Origin: Paraspadella gotoi
Taxonomy: Eukaryota; Animalia; Chaetognatha
Direction: 5' to 3'
DNA: 64,000 bases
NCBI GenBank assembly: GCA_051294375.1
Contig: CM119267.1
Coordinates: forward strand, 999,601-1,063,600
The notes under the pieces are model-generated. The model was not told where the DNA came from. It did no database searches and worked only from the letters and a program-made list of their open reading frames with translations. Positions 29,801-47,856 of the stretch are shown here, in pieces. The position numbers and the translations under genes are program-made. Each line of letters begins with the position of its first letter. The stretch's first letter is position 1.

Positions 29801-30962
29801 ATGCCGAAGGTCGTCTCCCGCAGCATCGTTTGTTCGGACGTGAAGCACGATGCCGAAGAGTACAAGGGCGAAAAGCCGCTCAACGTCTACTACTGCATCT
29901 GCGGTCAGATGGTTCTCATCATCGATTGCTCCCTCGACAAGCTGCCCATGCGAAAGAGGGACAACGCGCGTGTGATCGACAGCAAAAAGCACGCGCATAA
30001 ACTGACCTGCGAGCGGGAGCCCGACCCCGTCTACATTCAACGCGACGACGGCGTCGAGAAACAATTTCGCAAAAAATGTCGGAAGTGCGGACTCGCGCTT
30101 TTCTATCAACACCGGGAAAAGGGCAACACCCTCACTTTTATATTCCAAGGTGAGAAATGGTGCGAGGATGTGGAAATAGGTTTGTGTAGAATGGACTAGT
30201 TTGTTTTAAAGGCGTAAATACTACAACTCTATTTATTCTATTCTATTATTCTGCTATATACTGTATTTACCTTTATTTTGTAATATATATTTTTAATTTA
30301 TTTTTATTTAATTTAATGTCTGTCAGAATGCGTTAAAAATTCTTTAATTAGTATACGTATCATTGAATTCTTTTTTCGTCATTGCTCTTTCATTCCCTCT
30401 CTCTCTTTTTTCCTCTTTTCTCTCCTTCCCCTCTTCCCTTTCCTTCCCTCTTTCCTTTCCTCCCCATCTTTCCTTTCCTCCTCCTATTTCCTTTCCTCCC
30501 CATCTTTCCTTTCCTCCCCATCTTTCCTTTCCTCCCCATCTTTCCTTTCCTCCCCATCTTTCCATTCCTCGCCCTATTTCCTTTTCTCCCCTTTTCCTTT
30601 CCCCCTTTCTCTCTCCTCCCAATCCCCCTCTCTCAGGCGCGGCGGTAAAAGAGTCGGAAGCCATCCAAGGTCGCGTCTCCATCTACAATCAAGTCTTCGA
30701 AAAACCAAAAGAGCAAAAGATCATGATGAAGAAGAGCACGAAGAACATGGGCAAGTTCGGGTGCACGACCATCTCCACGCTGGAGGACGACGAGGACGCC
30801 GAAGACGCCAAGGAGATCGCCGACTCGTTCTCGGCCAACGCGAGGATCATCGACTCGCAGATGGAGAGACGGGGACTCAAGCGACAGCAGATGGGCTTGC
30901 CCGAGCCGGCCGAGGCCGTCAAGAAGCCCAAAGGGACCTTGTTCGACACGTCTGTCGATTAA
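29801..30962 (+). CDS. STEEP1: STING ER exit protein (CXorf56 family), 2 exons
   Basis: [13 protein letters not shown]...[29 protein letters not shown]...[13 protein letters not shown]; intron 30150-30636. Confidence 0.92.
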
Positions 30963-31195
30963 ATCGTTTTGTGAATTCATCGCTGTTGTTTCATTTCGTA
31001 AATTATTAAATCTTTCCTCCACCGAATTACTTAGTAGCTAGGTTAAACTCTTTAATATTGGACGGTCGCCTTCGCCAACCAAATCATGAAGCGAATTCTT
31101 TCGGAGGTCTCGGGCCTCGAGACCTTGAGACTTCGGAACGTTAAAAGCCTCGGACTTTAAAGCCCCTCTCTGTCTTTAACTGCCTCCCCCTCGAA

Positions 31196-34181
31196 ATGGC
31201 GACCCGCACTGTGCGCGATCTGCGTGAAATCGTCTGCGTGTCTAGATTGACTTGTCGAGACACCGACGACGACGACGACGATGGATTATTCTATCGCAGT
31301 GACGACGACGATGAAGATCGAAATCGCTCTTCCGTTCGATCCTCTTCCTCTTCCGCCTCTCGCCTTTCTTTCACGGCGCCCTCTTCCAAATCGCCGGCGT
31401 CTTTTCGCGCCGGCGCCGATGCCTCCTCCTCCGGTGTTTTTTCTTCCGCCGGATCTTCCTCCCGGCGACGCGACTTTCCGACTGGCGCCGATGCCTGGAA
31501 GGCTGCTGTCTCCGGCGTCGTCTCCGCTCGTCAACAGTTTCTCTTGGAAAGTTTGGCCGAGACCCGCGCTGTTCCGTCGACGGCGTCGTCGGCGCCGACT
31601 CTTCGTCTCGGCGCCGGACAAACCGTTTGGCCGCGTCCGCCTTCTGGTCCTCGACCCCCCTCTACAGGCTCTTTATCGGCCGGCGTCGGGAGTCCAGCGA
31701 GAGCGGCGAGGATCAGGCTGACGCCGCTGATGGATGCATCGAAGAAAAATACAATGGAAGACTCGTGTCGTGCCAATAATATCGCGTCGGCCGAGGATTC
31801 GCCTTTGTCGGTCGTTTCCGCCGCCAACGAGACCGACACCACTGCTAGAACTAAAAAAAAGAAGAAAAAGAAAAAGAAAAAATCGACAGTGTCCGACTCT
31901 NNNNNNNNNNCCGCCGCCGCCGAGTCGTCCGACGATGAAGCAGACCCCAAATCCTCTGTGGAGAAGAAACCGTCGAAGCGAAGTCTTCAGTCGCTCGTCG
32001 AGTCTCGTTCGTCGTCGTCGTCGAGCGAAGACATCGACGCCGTCCTCGATTTCGTCGACTCGACCGTCGTCTCAGACTGGTCGGTGAATTAAATGAGTTG
32101 CTTTATTCATATTAAATGAGTTGCTTTATTCATATTAGATAATGATATAGTGTGGACGAACAACCGTTGACGTTTAGTCAATTAACGAAGGCAAGTATTT
32201 GGTTGACAATAGTTTTATTAACGAAGGACAATGATTAAGGTGATGACAAAGGTTACGACAAAGGTGATGACAATATCAAACGGTGCAATAATTATTTGAA
32301 GAAGGGTTCTTTCTTGAGTTTGGATGTTGAGGAGAATCCTTTCTCTTAGCAATTCCGACCGTCGATCCCTCCGTCGGTTCCTTTGTCGGTCATTGGTCAT
32401 TGTCAGTCTAAGGATGACATCAGTTCTGTGATTTGGAGACGAGCAATCACATTACTTGGCCAACCAATTCCTTCGATGGGTATAATCCTTTGATGATACT
32501 AACATATTCAAACAACAATTACACTAAATAAAATAGCAAAGCAGACTTCTCAAAACAACAAAAATCATTTATTTCCAAGTATAAAACGGTATTGTACTTG
32601 GGTTTTTTTTGGTTTTTTTTGTTGTTGTATTGTCAGACTCAGTTTGGTTTTTTACTTATTCGTTGGCTGTCTAACTAATTTAAAGAATACGATCGATCAC
32701 AACACGAGGCCAATAAAGTCCGTTCATTGGTCCATTCATTTGATGTTATAGCACTAATTCTATCTTCGTTTCCAAGGCTGACCCGCGCCAACGATCTTCT
32801 CTCCTCTCTTTGCGATTGGAGTCTCTCGGCCGACAACTTTGTCTTCTTCGCTCAATTCTGGTTGACCGAACTGTCCGACGCCGACGCCCGACATCTGCTC
32901 GAGATGGAAAGGGGCATCCTGTTGGACGAATTCAACCTCGCCTTCAAGTCGGGCCTCGATTCCGGCCGCGTCGGCCACGCCCACCTCGAGACACTTCTCC
33001 GCATCGCCTTCTCCGAGTTTCCTTCCAAACTCTGCGGTCCTCGATTCGGTCGCACCAACTTCCTCAACATCCTCCAGGCCCTCAGCCTTCCGTCGACGGA
33101 CGCTCACCTCGAGCTTCTCACCAACGTCAGGCACAGCACGCGCAACTCGGTCCACGCCCAGTGGCTCCTCAGTCTACGCGCCTTCGCCATCGTCGGCGTC
33201 TGGAGCAACGTCGTCCGGTTTTTCGAGCGTCTTCGCGGAGGCGGCGGAAGCGGAGGCGGCGGAAGTGGAGGCGGCGCCGCAGACAGCAGTCGGGTGGGTG
33301 CGCCGGCAATGACGGGGAAGTTGGAAGGAGAAACGAGAATCGACGTCATTTCTGTCAGTCGGTGAGTCTGTCTGTCTCTCTCTCGCTCTCTCTCTCTCTC
33401 ACCTCCATCTTTTCCCGCCAGCGCCGTTCAAGCCGTTCACCTCGGCTTCGTCCCTGTTCTTAAGTATCTCCTCTATCAACGCTACATCTCTCCCCACATG
33501 GTCGACCATCAGGGGCGTTCGTTGCCCTTCCTCGCCGTTTTGTACAACAGGGCTTCTGTTTTGAAATTCCTGCTAAAAGTGAGCAAAGCGGAATTGTATT
33601 GAATAAGATCGGATTTGATCTGTGAAGTGACTGTGAGATTTGACGTGAATTCTCAATAGTCAAAAATCATCGATTCCTGACATGACTTTCCTTTCCTCAG
33701 TTGCCCACAGAACGCGTTCCTGATCTAAACCGTTCCTCAGCGACCGGCAACACTCCCCTCCACGCGGCGGCCAACCTCGCCCGCGCGGAGCTCGTCGAGC
33801 GCCTCTTGGAACATCCGCTCGTAGACCCAAGCGTCGTCAACGCCAAATGCGACGGGTCTACGCCGCTGCACGTCGCGGTCATGCACGGTCATTGAATTAA
33901 AAATAAACTATTATGGTAACAGCCGGGTTGCCTGTTATGCCCATTGGGGGCTTTGGGGGCTTCCGGCCCTCAGTGATATTCCGCCACACTATCTTACTTC
34001 ACCTCGCCCTATCTTGAACGAAATTCGCTTTTTAGGTCATACCTCCATCGTCCGCTCGTTGCTCAAGGCCGGCGCTAACCCTTCGCTTAAGATGGGTGAT
34101 ATGACGCCGCTTCAACTCGCCCGGGAGATGGCTGCCGACGACGTCGTCGCCGTCTTTAAAAGTTTCGGCGTCGAATTTTGA
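31196..34181 (+). CDS. Uncharacterised protein with disordered N-terminus, helical middle domain and C-terminal ankyrin repeats
   Basis: Exons at about 31196-32079 (contains an N gap), 32777-33361, 33422-33578, 33701-33887, 34036-34181; GRSLPFLAV, GNTPLHAAA, GSTPLHVAV, MTPLQLA. Confidence 0.8.
32218..32505 (-). CDS. Candidate nested antisense 79-aa tail-anchored membrane micropeptide
   Basis: Exons 32505-32456 and 32407-32218 join in frame across a 48-nt GT-AG intron; Arg-rich N-terminus, C-terminal hydrophobic helix, AATAAA at and after the stop. Confidence 0.5.
33912..33988 (-). mobile_element. Internally deleted 77-bp family A copy with TSD CTAT
   Basis: CTAT|TATGGTAACAGCC...CCGCCACA|CTAT. 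Confidence 0.75.
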
Positions 34182-34744
34182 CACGCGGCTAAGAGCGGGA
34201 AAGTGCTGCAGGAGATGGCGCATCGCTGCTACAGGAGATGGCGCTGCGCTGCTGCAGATGGCGCGGCGGTGCTGCGGGAGATATGGCAACGCTGCTGCTG
34301 CTGTTATTATTTTGTTGTAGCCAATTGGTGTTAATAAGTACCTTATTGCCAGAAAAATGGGTACGCTTTATTCTGTGCCATTGAAGTTAGGAAATAGATG
34401 ATCCAAACCTTTTTATTTTCGCTGTGCATATTAGAGAGAAAAACTAACAGATCCAAAATTGTGCATTAATCAATGCATATTTACACCATCCGTCCAGTTT
34501 TTTCTTCATACTTTGTACTCTAGTCGATGCAATCACAAATTTTCCGTCCAATAATAGTATTTTTTCTAGACTTTTTTAATGATAATTCATATTGTATTTA
34601 AAAAGATTAATATTTTTCTGCCTTTTTTTTTATCGAAAATCAAAAGGAATTTAAGGATTTGAAGAAAAAAGTAAATTTCACAAAAAATAAAACTGAGCAA
34701 AAGAAAGGAGAGGAATTTTGACTCGATTAAAGGGGGAGACGGCA

Positions 34745-40821
<6,077 letters not shown>

Positions 40822-41624
40822 ACTGAGACTAAAGGGGAACGATGTCGGGAAGAAATTGAAGAGTCGAGAGAAGGTGTGGGGCGGATATTCCATGAGAGCG
40901 GAATCGAGAAAGCGTCTCTCTTTCTTCATTACGTCACGCCGCCGCGTCTTTATTAAAAAAAAAAAGACTTGAACGATAGAATATTAAAAATTATCTAACG
41001 ATTTCGATATGTTTTACATTCGCAAAAGTTTCCCTGATCTTAGTTAAAATTAAGATTTCGTTCTCCCTCAATATTTTTCTCAGTTTGATCGAAGATCCTT
41101 GATCCTCCTCCTCTCGTCTTTTGCTCTCCACCCACTTTTTCCCTTTTTGTTCGAAACAATTTTTTGGTTTTGTTTTTGTACTTTAACGCGTATTGTATAA
41201 AAGCTGTCAAGTCTCACTCTAATGTCAAGTCTCACTCTAATGTCATTAAAAACCTAAATCCGTATTTTGTCTATTTTTCATTTTCACGCTCCTGAAATTC
41301 TATGATAAGATTTATATACATTTGCTTTGAGCAAAATATTATTTCCATTTAAAAAAGAATCCGGGGTCGGGAAATAGATGTAATATCATCAAACTATCAA
41401 GACATTTTTTTTTTCCACTGGACAAAAATTAATGTAATTCTTTAAATTTTCATTCTTTCGTATTCAGGTTTCATCGTAATAATAATAATAATAATAATAA
41501 TAATTCAAGGATGGAAATCGGGATGATTCTTAGGTAAGTTCGGGTAACGATTCTTCGCTTCTTCTATTTAATTAATCTCTTAAAATTCTTGACGATTATT
41601 TTAACCAATTTTTTTCTTATCAGA

Positions 41625-41853
41625 TTTTTCGTCGTTTGCTGTCGATGACGATTCTCGTCTACAGATTTCGTCCTTATCGTCTGCAGATTTCGTGCTCATC
41701 GTCTGCAGATTTCGTGCTCATCGTCTGAAGAAATCGTCCTCATCGTCTGCAGATTTGTCCTCATCGTCTGCAGATTTGTCCTCATTTTCTGCAGATTTTG
41801 TCTCGTCTGAAGATTTTTTACTCATCCAAAGATTTTATGTTCGTTCTTTACAG
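41625..41853. repeat. Degenerate ~21-bp minisatellite, left part
   Basis: Repeated TCGTCTGCAGATTTCGTCCTCA-like units. Confidence 0.8.
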
Positions 41854-42069
41854 AATTCTGATATCGGTCGCCTCCGCCACGAATGCCTCTTTGTTCGCCT
41901 AGTCGATTAGATCGCGCGTTTATCAGAGTAAAGAAAACGAACAAAATAACATCGATAGATGAAAAAAAAGAAATCCAGGGGGAAGCCGTCACGTGACCGG
42001 CCCTCGACCAATGGGAGCCCGGCAAATCCCAAGCCGGCTCCTCCCTCATCCGGGAATCGAACGCCTCAA
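41854..42069 (+). repeat. Left ITR of the DIRS element
   Basis: Reverse complement of 46767-46978, apart from small indels. Confidence 0.9.
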
Positions 42070-42840
42070 TTCTTTTTTCGCGCTCATCTAGTTCGGTTGT
42101 TTCCTTACTGATTTCGCGTTTTTTTCTTGACTTTTTCACGATTTTCTCGTATTTCTACGTTCGAAACCCGCTCATTAGAAGTCATCAAGTAGAGACGAAC
42201 GTTCGGACAGAGAGTCTAACAGCCGAAAACGTTCGGACAGGTCTCTAAACGTAGAGAGGGACTGGAGTCCCTCGGGGCTGTCGAGAGGTTCAAAGAGACC
42301 GAGCGGTCTCGCCCCCGCCGCCACCTGCCACCGACACCGGCCTTCTCCCCCCTTTTACCCGTGGTTTTCGGCAGCCCGATTCCGTCGGTTTAGGGGACTC
42401 GGCCCGTACCAACCGACACTTTCCGTTGCCCGGCGAGCGGTGGGGCTTCGTCCGAGGCGCCCTCTCTCGCTGCTGCTCGGACCAAGTGCGGCCGGTCTGG
42501 TCATCCCCCACTGCTCGGATGACGTGACCAGAGGACTGGAGTCTGTCTTACGACGATGGCTTTCGTCACTGAACAGCTTTAGGAAGGTTTTCGACGAATT
42601 TCGCCGCGAGTCTCAGCGGCGATTCGACGCTTTGGGGGGTGAGTTTTTTCCGCCAGAGGGCGTAGTGGGGGTTTAGCTGCTCGTTTTTCAAACGCCTCGC
42701 CTCCCTCTTTTTTGTTTCTCCTTTATTTCTTTCTTTCTTTTTTCGAATTATTCGAATTTTGGAATTTTTAGATTTTTTATTTCGTCGGATTCGATCGAAA
42801 TATTTTTGTTGAATAACGCTTTCCTGCGCCTCTTGGCATG

Positions 42841-42929
42841 GGGCATTTCGTGGCGAGGCGGACCGATATCAGAATTTTTAATTCCTTATGGAATACTAAT
42901 TCTATATCGGTCCGCCTCGCCACGATCCC
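42841..42929 (+). repeat. Internal complementary region (ICR) of the DIRS element
   Basis: Equals rc(left end) followed by rc(right end plus extension), i.e. the reverse complement of the circle junction. Confidence 0.9.
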
Positions 42930-45900
42930 ACCGTCCGCCCCTTGTTTGTCTCCTACCATGTTTTTTTCGTGGCTTGGGCGTGGCTTAGGGAAAGGGGGTT
43001 GGGGAGAAGGGAGGGGGGGGGGTTCGGGACGTTTTTCCGTTTAATTCTCGCGCTAATTTGTTTACCGCTTACTTTTTTTACATGTGACGATTCTGTATCG
43101 GTCGGTTTTACTCTCCACTACGCTTCGCCTCGTTTGACGAGTCTCGAATCCCTTCCATGCTGTTCCGACTCCAGTAGGCGGCCCCCCCTCAGTTCGGGCG
43201 CCCGCCTCGGACCGTCACCGGTCTCGCCTCTACCCAGCGTCATCGATCCACACAGTGCCGGATCCGGACGCCAAGTACTCCTCCGATTCGGCGGAGGAGG
43301 GAGAAGTTTCGTCTTCGGATGACGACGTCGGCGGTTTTCGACGGCTCCCTGTCACGAGCAGGTCGACGCCGGTTCCAGGTCGTTTCTGTGGCTTTTTTCT
43401 TGCAGCGTGGGGAAGGGGTCTTCCTCACGGCCACTGGACCTCGCTGGGACGCCCAGCGATCGGCGTATAGCCACTGGATCGACGTCGCTTCTCTCCGGAG
43501 TTCACCGCTCCGACGCCGGACACGGCCTCTCCGCTCAATTCGAGTCGGCGTTTTCCAAGGAAATAACGCGGCTTCTCTCGCTCCTTTACTGCGTGCAGGA
43601 GAACGGCGCTACCGCGCAGCCATCCTTACGTGTCGATGGCTGCACGGTCAAGGAGACTCTCCGTTCCGGCTCGTCCAGAAACGAGGTCAGCGCGAGCGTT
43701 GACGCCCTTGCGCCGCGCCGCGGCTTTCTTTTCAAGCGGCGTCCCTCAACCTTTCGGTGGCGAGATCCGCCGCCAAGTCCCGCTGTGGCGCCCGAGGATC
43801 TCCGCGCCACTTTTCTCGCTCCGCGCCCACCGCATCTTCCTTTTTGGTATTCAGGAAGCGCAGGTGGAGTCGGCGCTCATTGACGCGTTCTACGAAACGT
43901 CGCTCGCGCCAAACCCGCTGCCGACAAGCGCCCTCGTTTCCGCTCGAAGTCTTCCTTCAAGCGCAAGTGGACCAAGAAGTCTGTTCCCCGCGAAACGTCG
44001 GGAGTCGGGAAGGGCCGGGACTCGCGTCCCGGCGAATGCTCGAAACGCCTCCCCGCGGTTGCCGCCTCGTCACGCCCAGGTTTTAGGCCTGGAGCCGCCC
44101 ATGGACTCGAGTCTCGACACGGACTTTTCACGCCGGCGCTTCTTCCGGAATGCCCCCTGTCGGAGGTCGCTTCGTCTCTTCAAAAGGACGACGCTCGTTG
44201 GCGAGACGTCCCTTCTCGATAACTTCTCGGGACCATCTCGAGGGGGGAAGCAGTTCCAGCACGCTTCCGTCTCCCTCGGACGAGACACCTTTTGGGACCG
44301 AGACGCCTTGGTCGACGCGGAGATTGCGGCGGCTTTGGAGAGAACGCCTTCGAGGTAGTCCCGGTTTTCTCCGGGTTTTTTCCAAGTTTCCTCGTTAGAA
44401 GTAAGTAGGAGGCTGGCGCCGATTTGAACTTTAAAAAGGTCAATTCTCGTTCCTTCGCCGCCTTATTTCCGGATGGAAGGAGCCCGGACGTTCGAAGGAT
44501 GTTTCGACGAGGCGTTTGGGGTGCCTCGATAGACCTTCGAGATGCTTATCTCCATCTCCGATCCACGAGGATTCGGATTTTTTGCCGCTTCTTGGAAGGG
44601 CCGCATCTACCAGAGTCCTTCCATTCGGCCTCTCGACGGGCCCTTGGCTTTCACCAAGTCGACGAGCCCTTGTGCAGTGGCTTCCGCCAACAGGGGTTCG
44701 TGCTCTGCGACTGACGGATCTCGGAGACGATTGTCGACGACCACTCGGTAGGCGGTGTGGCTACTCAAGGAGGCGGGTCCATCATCCACCTTCAGAGGTC
44801 GAGCCTGCCCTCTCAGAGATTCGATCTCCCTCTGACAGCCTTCCCATTCCATCGCGCTCCGGAGATGAGATTTTCGACTCTTCGCTCTCTCGCGGAGAAT
44901 CTCTTGTGTACGACCGCCACCACGTGCCCGTCAGTGCCTTCAGCTTCTAGGCCTTTCGACGGCGCGTCTATGGCGTCCGCTGCTGCGTTGCCGGTCTTCG
45001 AGACCGACGTCAATCGCGTCTACAAGTCGGAGAAGGATCTCGACCGCGTCGTTCCTCTCCACTCGCCGGCGATGGAGGAGCTGCGGTGGTCGCAGCCCTT
45101 TCTCCAGACCAGTGCTTCGCTCGCGATCGACGACCTCCTCCGGAGGTCTGCACGCTGGAGGTGACGACGGATGCTTCGTCGCAGGGATGAGTTTTCCTCT
45201 CAGGCCAGCTGTCGAGGGAAACCTGGTGCTGCGGATGCCCCTCTCTGTTTCAATGGAGGGAGTTCACATCTGAGATCTTCCTCCAACGATTCGGAGCTTC
45301 CTCCACGGCGGTCATCCTTGGAAGACGGACAGCCTCGTCTCTCTCACCTGCTCTCGTCCGTTCGGGTCGCAGGCACGGCCGTTTCAGGAGTCCATCTTCT
45401 TCGGAGGGAGATTCTCATCACGCCGCGGCGTCTAGGGCCGCAAGGTGGCGGACTGGGATCTCCTTCCGAGGTTCCCATCAGATGGTCGACATTTCGGTCT
45501 CCCCAGCATCGATCTTTTCGCGACTCCCCGGTCGGCTCAAGGTTCCACGTTTTTCGCCTGGGGCGACGCTGGAGGCGGAGGGATAGACGCCTTGGCGCAA
45601 CGCTGGGTCTTCGACCTGGCCTATCTCCTTCCTCCCCCTCTTCTGCTGATGATGGTGGTCCGAAGTTGGAGAAGGCGAGGGGCACCTTTCTCCTGTCACC
45701 CCCTTGGCCGGCTCAGAAGTGGTTCAGACCCCGCCCCTTTTCCTTCGGATTCTGGACGCGAGGCGCTTCCGGCGCCGAAGTACCTCTGTCGTGTCGACTC
45801 GTGTCGCGGCTTCCGCCTCCGCAACGGGATCGCTTCAGGCTCGTCGTCTGGAGGTTTTTAGGCGGTGCACAACCTCTCCGACATCACGACTCCACCTTCT

Positions 45901-46766
45901 CCGTCACGTCGAGCGCTGGAGAGGCTCTACCAGAGAGCGATACGCCAGAGCTTGGAGCTCCTTCTGCGACTTCCTTCAGGATGGAGAGGTTCGAGGATCT
46001 CAAGCCTCTCTGGAGGATGTTCTACGATCTCTCTTTTCTGTGCGAGAAGGGCCTCTCGTACAGACGATCAACCTTCACAGATCGGCCATCTCAGCTTCCT
46101 TCCCCCTGGCGGGAGCGCCGGTTGGAGAGCATCTTTTGGTCCGGCGCCTTCTCAAGGGAGCTTTCGAGAGACGCCCTCCCCACGTCGGATTTCCCACGTG
46201 GATGCGGCCTCTGTTTACGCTTCTCGACTCGGCGCCACTTTCCGTGCGCCGAGGGATCTTCTACGACGCTCGCTCTTCTCGTCGCTTTAGCGTCAGCTCG
46301 TCGCCCTTCAGAGATCGTCTCTCTTCGTTGCGACGCGGGCTATCTTTCCTTAGCGGCAGATCACGTTCGTCGGTTCCATCGACGCTCTCGAAGACGGACA
46401 GGGTCGGACACATGGGTCCGGCGTCCGTCTCGATTCCTCGCGCTCTCAGATCGCTGCCCGGTTTAGGCGCTGCGCAATTGGCTCTCTCTTCGTTCGGATT
46501 GGCGCCCCGCGCACGATTTTCTTTTCTGCGCCCGCCGCCGCCTTTTCGTCACTCTCGACGCAGCGTTTCGCCTCCCTTCTCAAGGAGCTCTTTGGAGGCG
46601 GAGTTTCCTGCGCCCGGGGTCGACGCGCGCTATGGCGGTCGTCAGGCGTTCTGCCCGCGGGGTGGATCTGGCGTCATCTTCGGGCGGGAGATTGGTCTGG
46701 CGCCAGACCTTCTTCGTTTCTACTGCAGGGACGTCGCGTGGGGCGCCCCTCCGGGCTTCTAGGGAC

Positions 46767-47003
46767 TTGGAGGCTTCGTATTTCCCGGATGAGGAGGGAG
46801 CCGGCTTGGGATTGCCGGGCTCATTGGTCGAGGCCGGTCACGTGACGGCTTCCCCTGGATTTTCTTTTTTTTCATCTTCGATGTTATTTTGTTCGTTTTT
46901 CTACTCTGATAAACGCGCGATCTATCGACTAGCGCGAACAAAAGGGCATTTCGTGGCGAGGCGGACCGATATAGAATTAGTATTCCATAAAGGAATTAAA
47001 ATT
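46767..47003 (-). repeat. Right ITR with 3' extension (AGTATTCCATAAAGGAATTAAA)
   Basis: Inverted match to the left ITR; the extension matches only the ICR. Confidence 0.9.
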
Positions 47004-47340
47004 TGTCGTCTACATATTTCGTACTCGTCTGTTATGATTTCATCTTTGTCGTCTACAAATTTTGTATTCGTCTGCAGATTTTACTTTGTCACAGAATTCA
47101 TCCTCATCTGCGGACTTTGTCATCGTCTACAGATTTCGTCCTTGTCTGCAGAATGTGAACTCCTCTGCAGAATTCGTCTTCATTGGCTGCAGATTTCGTC
47201 CTCGTCTGTTTAATTTTATCTTTTTCGTCTGCTGAATTCGTGCTCATCATCTGCTGATTTTGTTCTCACTGTCTACAAATTTCATCATCATTGTCGGCAG
47301 ATGTCATCATCTGCAAATTTGTCTTGGTCGCTTACAGATT
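47004..47340. repeat. Degenerate ~21-bp minisatellite, right part
   Basis: Same TCGTCTGCAGATTT unit as 41625-41853. Confidence 0.75.
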
Positions 47341-47856
47341 TGGTTATCGTCGCAATTTTATGAATTTTTTGAAAAAACAAATGGATTAAATCATGAAATC
47401 CGTCGTCGTCACTTAACGTCGTCGTCGTCGCCATCAACGTCGTCGTTGGTCATCCGAAATAAGAAAGTCGTACTAAATTTCGTCTCATGAAGATTGAAGT
47501 CGTCCTTGACAGTTTCGTCTCATGAGGACGTTCTGGTTTCGTCTTTTGGAGCGAAAACATTTTATTTATGTCGTATATATAATTATATATCCTTTTTTCA
47601 AATACATATTGATCCTTGATTTTTTGTGCGATGTTACGTCCTGCTAAAAGTTTTATCGTTTATCATTCGTCTTCTGTCGATTATAATTTACATCCAACGA
47701 AGTTAATGTCATTTCGTTGCCGCCACAATCGTCTATGTCGTCTGCTCTTCTCTTTTTTTTCAGTTCATCAAATTATTCTCTTTCAATATCTTTACTTTAT
47801 CTCTCTATCCCTCTCTGTCTCCTTCTCTCTCCCCTCGGTCCAAAAACGAAGCGAAA

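Larger units (their letters stand above)
41854..47003 (+). mobile_element. DIRS1-like tyrosine-recombinase retrotransposon, full-length but frameshifted
   Basis: About 220-bp ITRs and an ICR; RT (GASIDLRDAYLHL, VLPFGLSTGP), RNase H (VTTDAS), methyltransferase-like domain (SIDLFAT...GIDALAQRW...AYLLPP), YR (TRERYARAWSSF, INLHRSAISA, LVRRLLKG, LVALASARRPSEI). Confidence 0.92.

Noticed and set aside
25901-31910. N runs at 25901-25911 and 31901-31910
   Set aside because: Assembly gaps; the frame across the second gap cannot be verified
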